Positions 37,305 through 47,458 of a stretch of DNA of 64,000 nucleotides are shown in pieces. Under the pieces are notes generated by a model. It was given only the letters and a program-made list of their open reading frames with translations, did not search any database and was not told where the DNA came from. Position numbers and translations under genes: made by a program. This stretch comes from an uncultured virus (IMG/VR IMGVR_UViG_3300032324_000268) (lineage: Duplodnaviria; Heunggongvirae; Uroviricota; Caudoviricetes): the IMG/VR virus record IMGVR_UViG_3300032324_000268; one strand, given 5' to 3'. Position 1 is the first letter of the stretch; each line of letters opens with the position of its first letter.

Positions 37305-37614
37305 TGGCTTCCCTTTCTGCCTTCTGTTGGGTAGCACTGAACAATGCTTCCTTGGCTGCTTCTAACAGATACTTCGAGGGTTCTTTAACTTCCTCTTGAG
37401 TATCACGATGAGTAAGACTTAAGTCTGAGAACTCGGCTTGAGCATACTCACTGAAGAAGGCAATCTCTGTCTGGCACTCACGAGCACCTTGGTACTCGTA
37501 GTCGCCTATACCTACATCTTCGGATTCAATGTGGTGAACCACTGTGCCACCAACCACATACCACATATTACTGAACTGAAACTTTACGTCGCATTCTTCA
37601 ACTTCGATTTCCAT
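37288..37614 (-). CDS. acidic hypothetical protein
   Basis: AAAGGAGG RBS. Confidence 0.6.
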   Translation of the reverse strand: MEIEVEECDVKFQFSNMWYVVGGTVVHHIESEDVGIGDYEYQGARECQTEIAFFSEYAQAEFSDLSLTHRDTQEEVKEPSKYLLEAAKEALFSATQQKAEREASECYE

Positions 37615-38428
37615 AATGTGCCTCCTTTAGTTTTAGGGTTTAGTGTCTTGCTGTTTATATAGTGATCGTAATCCGATAACAATTCATCCGCCCAACGGAG
37701 TACTTCGTTGGCTGGTATTCTGTTAAGGTCTACGCCTCCGTGTTCATCGAACGCTTCACGGATTGCCTTAACGAATATACCAAGCCTTGCGATAAGCTGG
37801 GCACTCTCGCTCATTGCGTAAACTCAAGGAGTATCCATAGAGCATAGAAGGATGCTGTGGCGAAGAGTATGCCACCGACAAATAAGACTCCAGTCGCTAG
37901 CAGATCTGCGATACGTTTCCAGTTAACATATGTTTTACCATTTCGTTTACGTGTTAGTTTCATTGAGAGTAAACCTCCTTCGCACTTCTTCAGAGACGTG
38001 CCGATAGTATAGTGACTCTTGTTGCTTCTTGGTTTCAAGTTCGTATTGCAACTTGACCAACTGCTCTTTAGACATTTTATTTATTTTCATATAGATAACT
38101 TGAAGGGTGTTCAACTGGGCAGACACACTAACGAAGCCCGTTCGGAAACATCTTCCGACTCTATGCCCCCTCAATTAATTGTTTAGGTTAAACGCCCTCC
38201 ACTGATATGGATGGTGAACCTAAGTCAACTTCTGTGATGTTAAGGAATCCAGGTCCATTACCCTCTTCGTCTTGGTATACCCAAGCCACCGAAGGTTTGC
38301 GATCACTGATTCCAGACTTGAACACTAGCCCGTAGACTGGCTCACCATTGATGCCGTCATCATCTTTAACCACGTCGACAAGAATCTTGCCACGTAGCTT
38401 TAGATACTCTTTGAGATAGGGATCTGAC

Positions 38429-38746
38429 TTAGTCGTTGGCACTGCCGTTCCTCCCATCGCTGATACCAAGTTTGCCCAACGTCATAGCGTAGAACCAACC
38501 AAAGTATTTTTCTCCAAGCAGTGCGATGTCGTCCGCATTACTGGGTTCTTCGTTACGGAGTTTGGCGTAGGCAATAGCACACGCTTGACCGAGCACATAC
38601 TTTCCACGGATGGATTGAAGCAACTCTGTTGCTGCATCTTTCCGTGCTTCATCTGATAGTCTGATGTACTTGCTCTTGTAGTTCTTTGCGTAATCGCTAA
38701 CAAGTTTTCGCTGTGATACTTTCTTTTTCTTAACTGGTTTCTTCAT
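38429..38746 (-). CDS. hypothetical protein
   Basis: AAAGGAG RBS before ATG 38746. Confidence 0.6.
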   Translation of the reverse strand: MKKPVKKKKVSQRKLVSDYAKNYKSKYIRLSDEARKDAATELLQSIRGKYVLGQACAIAYAKLRNEEPSNADDIALLGEKYFGWFYAMTLGKLGISDGRNGSAND

Positions 38747-38762
38747 ATGTTTCTCCTTTTGG

Positions 38763-38969
38763 TTAGACTTGTTCTTCTTCATGTAACCTCTCCGAGCTAT
38801 GGACTCGGCAGTTCTCTTCAATCTCGTCCCACTCGAATCGGTTGTTGTCGGAATCTTGCTCCCACATATGGTAGGCTTTGTCTTGTGCCAGAGTTTCCGA
38901 CTCTGCTTCAATCTCAACTTCGGCGTAGGATTCGATAGTCCTACGCAGTTCAACTAGATACTTTGCCAT
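38763..38969 (-). CDS. small acidic protein
   Basis: AAAGGAGG RBS; VEIEAESE..A motif. Confidence 0.6.
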   Translation of the reverse strand: MAKYLVELRRTIESYAEVEIEAESETLAQDKAYHMWEQDSDNNRFEWDEIEENCRVHSSERLHEEEQV

Positions 38970-39475
38970 ACTTTTTCCTCCTTTGTTGTTGGTTATTTAT
39001 GTTTGTCTTCAGCTAATAGCTTTGTGACAAAATCTGCGTCACGATCAGACATCGATTTAGTAGTGCCGACCACTAGTGGAATATGTCCACCAGAAACACG
39101 GGCAATCATCGCTTCGATACAAGACAAGCCATTGAGAACGCAGTCAGTTATCTCAATGTAGGCGTCGTGCTTTGACTGGCCGTCTCGTCGGTCTTCAATG
39201 TGTTTTAATAATTGGTCATTATCAATCTCGATACTAAGTTTGATCTTCATTTAGTTGTGTCCTTTATTCGTATAGGTTGTGATCGGAACGTGTGGTTATT
39301 GGAACTACACGGAATCCGCCACCAAGAAATTTATTTAAGTCGTCGCATTCTGACAAGGCTTCCTTCTTTGTTTCAAAGAAGTAGTCTTGGTATTCGCCAG
39401 TGTATGTGCCATCGCTTTCGTCCCTCTTGCGAAGATCGCCCCAGCCGAATGTGCATTGTGTCTGTATCTTGTATC

Positions 39476-39682
39476 TCATATTGGTGTTACTTTCTGACCT
39501 AGGAAATCTAAGTTCAATACATTCTGGTTGTGCCTATCGCACCAGACTTGGAAGCCTTTGGTTGTCCATCCAACATTGAGTCTTGCCCAAGTAGCTGGAC
39601 TCTGATCTTCGGGTATCTCTTCCAAGCAGTGTCTACAATGTAGATATGATCTGATGTCTGGAACGTTTGCTTTGGCTTTCAT
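39476..39682 (-). CDS. putative Zn-binding protein
   Basis: HCRHC...WCDRH. Confidence 0.6.
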   Translation of the reverse strand: MKAKANVPDIRSYLHCRHCLEEIPEDQSPATWARLNVGWTTKGFQVWCDRHNQNVLNLDFLGQKVTPI

Positions 39683-40391
39683 TCGACCCCCATAGGTTCG
39701 TGGTCTCGGTATGGTGTGAAGAGATGGATCTCGTCGACGCAACAATCCTCTGGCGAATACCATCCAGACTTGAGTTTGTATTGTCTGGTGTGCATCTTCA
39801 GAGCTTTTGTTAATACGTTGAGTGCTTTCTCTTCGGTTAAAGCAAAAGCCTCGAACTCAAAACTAGACGACTCGTATCTTGCTCTGAACATTATAGTCTC
39901 ACCCCTTCTGACTTTGCCCACAAGTACAACTGCTCATCGTTGGATAACCATAGACGGCGTTCATGATCATTCAGTCTGTGGATATTACCACCACACACAT
40001 CCCGTATGTGCTGATCGATATCGTCTTTGTGTTCTTTAATAAAAGATGAGATCGCTTTTTGTTTCATAGTATTGTTGCTACTCCTTGGTTAATTATTACG
40101 TTGGTTGCCCATCCACGAATGACACATCGTGGTTGAGACTTACGCTCGTGGCTTTCACACGGCGTATTGATCTTGATGTTACGAACTAGATGACAAGCAT
40201 CCTTGTAGTGAAGGGTCATAATCGTATGACCACTACGCCTACTGGCTGGCTTGTTGTAGTGCATAAACCATCTGGTCTTCATTCATCTTTCTTGAGGGCA
40301 ACGATCGCCCTCTTGATATCTTCGAGTCCTTCCCGAATGGTTTCGGTTAGGATGGTGAATTGTCTTTCGTCCATAACAAATACCTCCTTCA

Positions 40392-40784
40392 TTAGATTGA
40401 GTAGAACTTAACGTCCATTAACTTGTCCATCTCCGCCGTCGTAGGAACTGCATCTACCCATTGGACAATCGCCTGGATTTCCTCAATGGTGGAAGCGGGA
40501 GAGATTGTCTCACCTTCCATACCAGTTCCGACAACGAGGGTTCGACCAACAAGATGGGATTGCGTACTACCCTTGAGGGTATAGCAACCAGCCAGTTGCA
40601 TATGCTCGTCGCCCTTCAGCAATCCTTCGTCGTCGCATAGGGCAACGTCGTCGCCTCGTATGCCGAACGATGTGATGCAACTGCAACCAAGCAACGCATA
40701 GATTTCGTGGAGATCAAAGCCAGTAGCAGACTCGACCTCGGTGACCGACTTGGCTTTGGGATCGATGAGGATTCCCTTAATCAT
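40392..40784 (-). CDS. DUF3846-like protein
   Basis: ILIDP...CDDEGLL...LVGRTLVVG. Confidence 0.6.
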   Translation of the reverse strand: MIKGILIDPKAKSVTEVESATGFDLHEIYALLGCSCITSFGIRGDDVALCDDEGLLKGDEHMQLAGCYTLKGSTQSHLVGRTLVVGTGMEGETISPASTIEEIQAIVQWVDAVPTTAEMDKLMDVKFYSI

Positions 40785-40972
40785 AGTAGGACTTTCCAAC
40801 GGTGTTTCCGTTAGTATCGAGGAGCGTATGCTCAACATCGCCAACGCTATGGATAGCATTGACCAAGCCTTGTAAGATGATGGCAATCTGTCCTTCGGGA
40901 TAATCCCCGAATGCTGCGTTGTCTGTACGAATCTCTAACTTAAATGTAGCCATAGTAGTATTACTCCTTTGG

Positions 40973-41359
40973 TTATTGGTTGACCGACATACACTGGTTG
41001 ACTTCATCAAGCCAGTCGAACTTCTCTTCGGGAAGTTTCTCAGTCCGACCCATCCAAGGTTTCGGACTAATGTTTATGAACCAGTCTTGCATCGTTGGGA
41101 TTCTCCCAAGATCTTCTTTGACGTGTTGCTCTGCTACCCATCGTGTAGGGATTCGTCGTCCCTCACTAGTAGTAATCGTATGACCGAAGATACGCTCTGC
41201 CATAAAGCATCCTTCAGCGTGATGCCGTAGTGCTCTATGACGGAAGTCAGCGAACATCATCTTTGACTCATCGAACCAGTCGTGAATCTTCTGGTAGTCC
41301 TCTGGCTTACCGCCCCACTTTCTCGCCGAACTAACTGCGTGGTGGTAAGGGTTAGACAT
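40973..41359 (-). CDS. DUF6915-like protein
   Basis: PYHHAVSSARKWGG..DY..IHDWFD...RHH.EG...EQHV.ED. Confidence 0.75.
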   Translation of the reverse strand: MSNPYHHAVSSARKWGGKPEDYQKIHDWFDESKMMFADFRHRALRHHAEGCFMAERIFGHTITTSEGRRIPTRWVAEQHVKEDLGRIPTMQDWFINISPKPWMGRTEKLPEEKFDWLDEVNQCMSVNQ

Positions 41360-41542
41360 TGGGGAACTCCGAAGTGTTGACCAAACCAAAGGCGTCAAAG
41401 ATCTCGTCGTCCTTAAGGTTCGCTAACCTTGTTCGCATTGCTGTAATGAGTTCTTCCTTTGGCGTATTGTAAAAGTCTTCGTGACTATTCTCTACACAAG
41501 CCACGAGATCGAAGTCGTGTATGAATCTTCGTGGTTTATCCA

Positions 41543-42055
41543 TTAGTAAACCTCGTTGTATTCATCGATTGACTCGACCCGCTCGTTGTATTGCAGAGCG
41601 ATGGAGGATTCTTTCGGTGTACTCCTAACGTTGAACTGGAAGTTGCCACAAGAACCAGAGTTGATTTCCCATCCTCCGTGGTGAGCTTCAAGTAAGTCGT
41701 AACAAATGTGTTCAAGCAACTCGTTGATCGTAGGGATCTTTGTGTGACTAACCCATTCCTCTTTCTTGTCGTCCCAAGTGCTACTCTCGTTAATTAAAGC
41801 ACCAGTAACAAACGACTCGCCGATCTTGGTATCTGCGGAAACATTGATTTCGTTTGCACCCTTGCCACGATAGAAAGCTATGTTGTCTATCTGGCCAGAG
41901 TCACCAGACCCATCGAACTCAACGACAACCTTGTCGATCTCGTATGCAATCAGTGCACTGAACAACAAGGGTTTGTTGAACTTAACTCGTGACTCGCAAG
42001 TCTTCATTCGTTTAGCGATCGTAGCTTTAACTTCTTTCATTATGTCTTTAGGCAT
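41543..42055 (-). CDS. DUF6878-like protein
   Basis: FDGSGDSGQI...GWEINSG. Confidence 0.75.
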   Translation of the reverse strand: MPKDIMKEVKATIAKRMKTCESRVKFNKPLLFSALIAYEIDKVVVEFDGSGDSGQIDNIAFYRGKGANEINVSADTKIGESFVTGALINESSTWDDKKEEWVSHTKIPTINELLEHICYDLLEAHHGGWEINSGSCGNFQFNVRSTPKESSIALQYNERVESIDEYNEVY

Positions 42056-42076
42056 AGTATCAATATCCTTTCTTTG

Positions 42077-43429
42077 TTAGTGAGCAATCGCCCCAATAAG
42101 TTGAGGACCGCATTTGGCTTGTCCTTGTGCAACTTGTTTGAGGTAGGTGATCGCATCTTCAATACGTTTGTACATAACAGCCTTGGCCTTGATGGCTAAC
42201 GCCTTGGCCTCGGCAGTAAGATGTGCGTAGCAACCATCACGCTGACCATCTGTGACTTGGCCGTCGCAGACCCAGAGCACTGGCTCGTTCTGGAAACGCT
42301 TGGCCTTGATCGCCCAGCGTAGAGCTGGTCCGTCAACACCATTACCGCCACCACGACGCTTGGGTAACTTGTCAATCATCTTGCCGTCCTTGGCTAGTAT
42401 CCAGAAGTTGGGTACGTCCTTGGTACCCGGTGCGTGGGAGTAGAGTGCGACAGTAGCCCCAGGTGCTGCGTTAAGTATCTTGAGTACGTCCTCACTCTCG
42501 ACGCCCATAGAACCAGAGCCGTCGATCAATACGACACCGCCAGAGTTACGCTTCGTCCGATCAAAGATCCGACGATACGGGTCAGTCAGCATACGATGGA
42601 TACGCCGAGGGTTGCGACCCGTAGGAGAGGCCAGCTTGATCTTGCCAAGGTTGCCGTTGTGCATCTTGACTAGAGGAGCTGAGCCTTCGCACAAGTCAGC
42701 GAACTTGGCGGTCATATCAGAATTGGCGTGGTCGGATGGCCTACGATTACGGAACGATGGAACTCTGCCAGTCTCCTTGGCAAGCTCGATGCACTTGTCT
42801 AGTAGTATCGCAATTTGTTCACTAATAGCAAAGCCACGGGTCATCATCTTGGAACGTGAACCTTCGATACTCTTATCCGACGTAAGCGAGGACGAGTAGG
42901 TATCGAGAACCTCCTCGATAGACTCGGCAAGATTGCAGACGGACTCGAACATACCGAAGTCGTCGATTTCCGTACACGCTTTCTTGATGCCACCAACCCA
43001 ATCCTTCCAACCAGCAGTACCAATGACGGCGGATGTGCCATATACTAGGCGTGTCATATCCTTGGCTTTCGCACAAGTGTATGCGTTGTTGCCGTCGTTG
43101 ATGTCTGCCAGATGGGTCTCTGGGTCAAAGCCAACCTTCTTCATAGCACGATTGACACGTGCCTCCTCCGCTGCAAGGAGGGAATCGAATGTAGCTCTTC
43201 CTCGTCTGAGCCACGGACGCAAGTCAGATGGACTCAACCGAACGTGCATCAATTCGTGTGCTCGTATGTGACGAGCTGTTTCGTCGGCGTCCAAGGGGAC
43301 GTGCATCGTACTAGTAGCAATGCTTGTCTTGGGAGCACCACGAATGCCAGCACATCGAACGATGTCCCAACACTCATTGACTCCACGTACACCACCACTC
43401 TGTCGTACAAACTCTGGATATACTTTCAT
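42077..43429 (-). CDS. metallopeptidase-like plus vWA protein (CobT-like partner)
   Basis: HELMH motif; MIDAS DGSGSM; CDG. Confidence 0.75.
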   Translation of the reverse strand: MKVYPEFVRQSGGVRGVNECWDIVRCAGIRGAPKTSIATSTMHVPLDADETARHIRAHELMHVRLSPSDLRPWLRRGRATFDSLLAAEEARVNRAMKKVGFDPETHLADINDGNNAYTCAKAKDMTRLVYGTSAVIGTAGWKDWVGGIKKACTEIDDFGMFESVCNLAESIEEVLDTYSSSLTSDKSIEGSRSKMMTRGFAISEQIAILLDKCIELAKETGRVPSFRNRRPSDHANSDMTAKFADLCEGSAPLVKMHNGNLGKIKLASPTGRNPRRIHRMLTDPYRRIFDRTKRNSGGVVLIDGSGSMGVESEDVLKILNAAPGATVALYSHAPGTKDVPNFWILAKDGKMIDKLPKRRGGGNGVDGPALRWAIKAKRFQNEPVLWVCDGQVTDGQRDGCYAHLTAEAKALAIKAKAVMYKRIEDAITYLKQVAQGQAKCGPQLIGAIAH

Positions 43430-43462
43430 CGATCCTCCTTTCAGCGAAGGTTAAGGGTTTAG

Positions 43463-44191
43463 TTAGCTCTTGTTGATCGTGTCGATCTTCGTAGCGTCCA
43501 AGAACTCCTTGGCCGACCCACCGAAGATGAGGTAAGCCGCACGCTCTGCACCGATAGCCTTGCGGAGATTGTCGTAGGCATAGAAGGAACGCAGATCAAT
43601 ACGGCGTTCTCCTAAGTCAGCGGCACGCTCGGCATAGGCACGCAAGTCGGGAGACAAGCGTTGCAAGGCAGTGAAGTGGGGCTTGTTGACACGAACACGA
43701 ATCGGGAAGCGGGAACGAATCGCCTCTGGCAATTCCTCGAGCTGTTCCAGATTCGTAGTCATCACTACGCTGAAGCCTTCAGCGGGAGTCTCGGTCTTAC
43801 CAGTCTGGGGATTCTCCCAACGGCAAGACTCGGGGCTGTCAGTCATAGCAAGCAAGGTGGCGAACACGTCACCACCAGCCTTGTCGATCTCGTCGACAAT
43901 CAGCCGACCACCAGTACGCCAAGCCTTAACAGCTTGACCCTCGTGCCAGCTAAACGTGCCCTTCTCGTTGGGCATCCAAGCACCAGTCACATCGGCATTG
44001 GTCATATCTGGAGTACAGATAAGACGGAATGTCGGGCGGTCTTGCGTAGCCATCGTGAGACCAGCATACGTCTTGCCAGTTCCAGGAGGTCCGTAAAGGA
44101 CTAGGCGATTGACGCCAGCCGATAATGCGGTTTCGATATCCGTCCAACAATCGCTGGACTTCGTAGGTTGTTTCGATTTGGTAGTAGCCAT
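43463..44191 (-). CDS. MoxR/CbbQ/CobS-like AAA+ ATPase
   Basis: GPPGTGKT, LIVDEID, TTN, RSRF. Confidence 0.88.
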   Translation of the reverse strand: MATTKSKQPTKSSDCWTDIETALSAGVNRLVLYGPPGTGKTYAGLTMATQDRPTFRLICTPDMTNADVTGAWMPNEKGTFSWHEGQAVKAWRTGGRLIVDEIDKAGGDVFATLLAMTDSPESCRWENPQTGKTETPAEGFSVVMTTNLEQLEELPEAIRSRFPIRVRVNKPHFTALQRLSPDLRAYAERAADLGERRIDLRSFYAYDNLRKAIGAERAAYLIFGGSAKEFLDATKIDTINKS

Positions 44192-44209
44192 AGTAGTATC
44201 CTCCTTTGT

Positions 44210-44602
44210 TTATTTGTTGTTGTCTGCGTCAGCTTGAGCTTTCCTTTGCTCGAGCTTTAATTCCATCAGCTTTTCCCGCATCTTCACTAACTCCTCGGGA
44301 GCTTCGTGAGTGGGGAACTCGGCATCCGACAATAGGGTCGATGCCATTACTGAAATCATCATACAAGACTTGTGGTACTCCTCTTCGTCCTTGAGGGACA
44401 GCAAGGCCAAGGCAGACAAGACGGCACGGACTTGGTAGCCACGTTGGTCGTTCTTGTGCTCGTTCATTGGTGCAATCTTCTCAAGGATGCTGATGAAAAG
44501 ACGATAGAAACTTGAGTCGTTACCAGTGTCTTTTCCGTGTACCACTGACATCGAGGGTTGTCCCTCGTTGCTGTCTTTGTTGAAGTTGATTCGTCCGCTC
44601 AT
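44210..44602 (-). CDS. hypothetical protein
   Basis: 130 aa ORF in early cluster. Confidence 0.55.
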   Translation of the reverse strand: MSGRINFNKDSNEGQPSMSVVHGKDTGNDSSFYRLFISILEKIAPMNEHKNDQRGYQVRAVLSALALLSLKDEEEYHKSCMMISVMASTLLSDAEFPTHEAPEELVKMREKLMELKLEQRKAQADADNNK

Positions 44603-45117
44603 AGTTAGTTAGCCTTTCTTGTAGGGGTTGGAGTTGTGTGGTTTGTCAGCTTGATGCAAGCCTTCTCGTCCCACTCCCATCCTTGGTTGACAAGGTAGGT
44701 GTAGGCTTGTTTGGCTCGTAGGAATGTTTTAACTAGGACGTGCTTCTTTAGTAGCTTGTCCCAGTAGAACACTCCGAATGGCTGTTGTATCGGCATCAGT
44801 CAATGATGTGCTTCGGAGCGGAAGCAACACTGAAGTTGACGGGAAGGTAAGTCCCATCACTTGCCATCAGTCCCATCTTCGAACCATCGGGGAACTGACT
44901 GATGATGCGTCCCCAATGTAGGAACTCTTGTCGGCAATCGGCGATGTTGTAATGCCGAAGGCCAGACACTGGACGTCCGTTACGCATAACGATCCAGTTG
45001 TGTTTCGTTGCAACCTTGTTCAGAGTAGAACGAAGGTTGTTGTTGTCCCGCCATTGACCGAGGGTTGCTTGTGCCATATTAGTTTGACTCCTTACGTCCT
45101 TCTGTTACAAGTAGTCT

Positions 45118-45720
45118 ATGCCGAAGGACTTGGGCATCGACTGGAAAGTCATTGAGTTGGAATACCTTAAGGGTATGCGTGTAACTCACATTGCATCTAC
45201 GTACAAAATCAAGCAGTCTACTCTTGAAGCTCGTATTCGTAGGATGGGTTGGAAAGACAAACGCCTTGCAATGGAGAGTGCAATAGCCCACAAAGAAGCA
45301 CAGAAAACTATACAAACGCTCGCCACAAAGGCGACCTCGTATCTTGAAAGGGTAGTAAAGGAAGTTGATAAAGGAATGAACGTGCTCGAAACCCAACATC
45401 CAGCCACTGCGAAGGAACTCAACGAGCATTTCGATGCACTTGGTAAGATCGATAAGGTGGCGAGACCAGCCTTGGGGCTTTCGTTGGAAGGAAATGGCGG
45501 AAAAGCGAGCGTAGTGAATGTCGCTGTGCTTCAACAATTTGCGGACATTGAACCTCAAAAAAGCATTGTAGTTGATAATCAACAACTTACTACTGAAGTT
45601 GATGCAATGCCTATTGTGCGACTTATTAAAGAGCCTCATTCCAGTCCCCTTTCCGTTGAACCAAACTCACAACCTTCGCAGAACGAATTGGCTTCAGTGC
45701 CCGATCAGCTTTGCGAGTAG
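45118..45720 (+). CDS. terS: terminase small subunit (HTH)
   Basis: DWKVIELEY..G....IA..Y.I...TL..RIRR.GW N-terminal HTH followed by coiled coil. Confidence 0.65.
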   Translation: MPKDLGIDWKVIELEYLKGMRVTHIASTYKIKQSTLEARIRRMGWKDKRLAMESAIAHKEAQKTIQTLATKATSYLERVVKEVDKGMNVLETQHPATAKELNEHFDALGKIDKVARPALGLSLEGNGGKASVVNVAVLQQFADIEPQKSIVVDNQQLTTEVDAMPIVRLIKEPHSSPLSVEPNSQPSQNELASVPDQLCE

Positions 45721-45976
45721 CTTGGTAGTTAGCTTCGAAGTCCATTGCTCTGACGATGCGAGCCTTACTGATACGTACAAAGCCATAAGAGTAATCACGA
45801 GCCTTGATCGTACGCTTCTTGAGACTCCAGATAGTGGCTCGGTTTTGATACAGCTCGGTCTGGTAGCAAGCGTTCATAGTAGGAGAAGCCTTACCCTCGA
45901 ACGAATTGTTCATCTTGGGAGTCGGAACACCATCGAAACCAACAGCAACCAACTGATCTCGTAGACTTGTATTCAT
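45626..45976 (-). CDS. hypothetical protein
   Basis: GGAGGT RBS; overlaps terS tail-to-tail. Confidence 0.55.
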   Translation of the reverse strand: MNTSLRDQLVAVGFDGVPTPKMNNSFEGKASPTMNACYQTELYQNRATIWSLKKRTIKARDYSYGFVRISKARIVRAMDFEANYQATRKADRALKPIRSAKVVSLVQRKGDWNEAL

Positions 45977-45998
45977 ATACCTCCAGGAATTAAGGGTT

Positions 45999-46037
45999 AA
46001 AAAAAAGAAACACCGAGAGGGATTGAACCTCTCGGTG
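45999..46037 (-). terminator. intrinsic terminator
   Basis: CACCGAGAGG-TTCAATC-CCTCTCGGTG followed by TTTCTTTTTTTT on minus strand. Confidence 0.8.
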
Positions 46038-46054
46038 CTTCGGTGAATCTCTCT

Positions 46055-46354
46055 TTAGAGAGATTCTGTGAAAGTTCCTACCTTGACTGCTTTCTTGGGA
46101 GCAGCAGAAGCTGGAGGAACAGAGATCCCGACTCTCACAAAGTACTTACGATCTGAACCTTGTGGCTGAACCATCTGACCAGCTTTGGACAGAGAGAACG
46201 GAGTGAGGTTTGTCCAACCAGTATCACCAGTTGAACTCTGACTCCGCAGATACTCTCCAGAGAATACCATCACAAAGTAGTCTTTACCATCTACTTCGAT
46301 CTTGGCAGAACTCCAGTTGACCAATGATTTGATTAGGTTTGTGAGTGATTTCAT
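46055..46354 (-). CDS. first gene of early cluster, hypothetical
   Basis: 99 aa ORF with A-rich leader and own terminator. Confidence 0.65.
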   Translation of the reverse strand: MKSLTNLIKSLVNWSSAKIEVDGKDYFVMVFSGEYLRSQSSTGDTGWTNLTPFSLSKAGQMVQPQGSDRKYFVRVGISVPPASAAPKKAVKVGTFTESL

Positions 46355-46639
46355 ATTTAATTACTCTTTCTTTGTTAGTTGTTTTAGTTTTGTTCAGAGG
46401 AACTTCTGTTCCCCTTGCCAACCGAACAACGAAACCGACCGAAAAAAAGCCGACCGACCCCCCGCCAAAAACCCGAAGGGTTTTTGAACCCCAAAGTATA
46501 AGATGATATAAGATAGATAAGATACCCTGGGGGAGTAGTACCCCTCTTTATTATTACAAGGAATCACGGGGGGTGATGTAAAAAATTATTTTTATATTTT
46601 GGCCTCTGGACAAATTGCCCGAATCGATACAATGCTCTT

Positions 46640-46885
46640 ATGCCTCTTGGACGTAACTACGCTATGGAGTACCGCAGGTACCACGGTTCGCGCAAAGCGA
46701 AACAAGACAGAGCGGCTAGAAACGCGGCCAGGCGGAGATTGATAACGAAAGGCCGGGTTCGGAAAGGCGACGGAAAAGACGTCGACCACCGAGACGGCAA
46801 TCCACGCAACAATCGTGCGGGGAACTTGAGGGTTATGTCAAAGGGTGCCAATCGTGGCCGGGACAATAACTCTTGGAGATACTGA
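46640..46885 (+). CDS. small HNH protein
   Basis: KDVDHRDGNPRNN...NL....N. Confidence 0.8.
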   Translation: MPLGRNYAMEYRRYHGSRKAKQDRAARNAARRRLITKGRVRKGDGKDVDHRDGNPRNNRAGNLRVMSKGANRGRDNNSWRY

Positions 46886-47034
46886 TGCCACTAGGACGCC
46901 AAAAGAAAAGCAAACCGAAGGACGCTTGTTACTACAAGGTGAAGTCCCGCTATAAAGTTTGGCCGTCCGCATACGCTTCGGGTGCTTTGGTGAAGTGCCG
47001 CAAGGTCGGGGCAAAGAACTGGGGAAACAAATAA
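46885..47034 (+). CDS. small basic protein (DACY..VK...WPSAYASG family)
   Basis: 49 aa; TGATG/TAATG coupling; not in ORF track. Confidence 0.75.
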   Translation: MPLGRQKKSKPKDACYYKVKSRYKVWPSAYASGALVKCRKVGAKNWGNK

Positions 47035-47267
47035 TGGCTTTCGAATTGGAGAAGAAGTTCGGGTTACACGGATGGTTCAAACGGAATAAGGGCAAGGGTT
47101 GGATCAACTGCAAAACAGGAGGCCCGTGTGGACGGGAAGACTCGAGCAAAGGAAGTTACCCAGCCTGTCGTCCGACCAAGGCAATGTGCAATTCGGCTGC
47201 ACGGAAAAAGAAAAGCTCAAAGCGTATAAGCTGGAAAAACAAGCGTGGGCTTGGCGGAAGAGCTTGA
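47034..47267 (+). CDS. small basic protein (DUF5872-like)
   Basis: WF...W.....G.PCGR......YPACRP. Confidence 0.65.
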   Translation: MAFELEKKFGLHGWFKRNKGKGWINCKTGGPCGREDSSKGSYPACRPTKAMCNSAARKKKSSKRISWKNKRGLGGRA

Positions 47268-47297
47268 CGGGAATTTGACTTAGAATAGGATCTGAAC

Positions 47298-47453
47298 ATG
47301 CCTCTAGGACGTAACGTAGCATCAAACATGCGAGAGCTCTACGCTGACAATAGGAAAAAAGGTAAAGAGCGTGGTGCAAAAGGTAAGGTTCGTTCGAAGA
47401 AGCAGATCATCGCAATCGCTTTGGCTGCGGCTGGTAAATCCAAAAACAAATAA
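47298..47453 (+). CDS. small basic protein (KQxIAIAL motif)
   Basis: 51 aa MPLGRNVASNMREL...KQIIAIAL; ATG 6 nt after -10. Confidence 0.7.
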   Translation: MPLGRNVASNMRELYADNRKKGKERGAKGKVRSKKQIIAIALAAAGKSKNK

Positions 47454-47458
47454 TAATT

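Noticed and set aside
45079..45639. 186-aa minus ORF overlapping terS
   Set aside because: Antisense shadow; the plus-strand ORF carries the recognisable HTH
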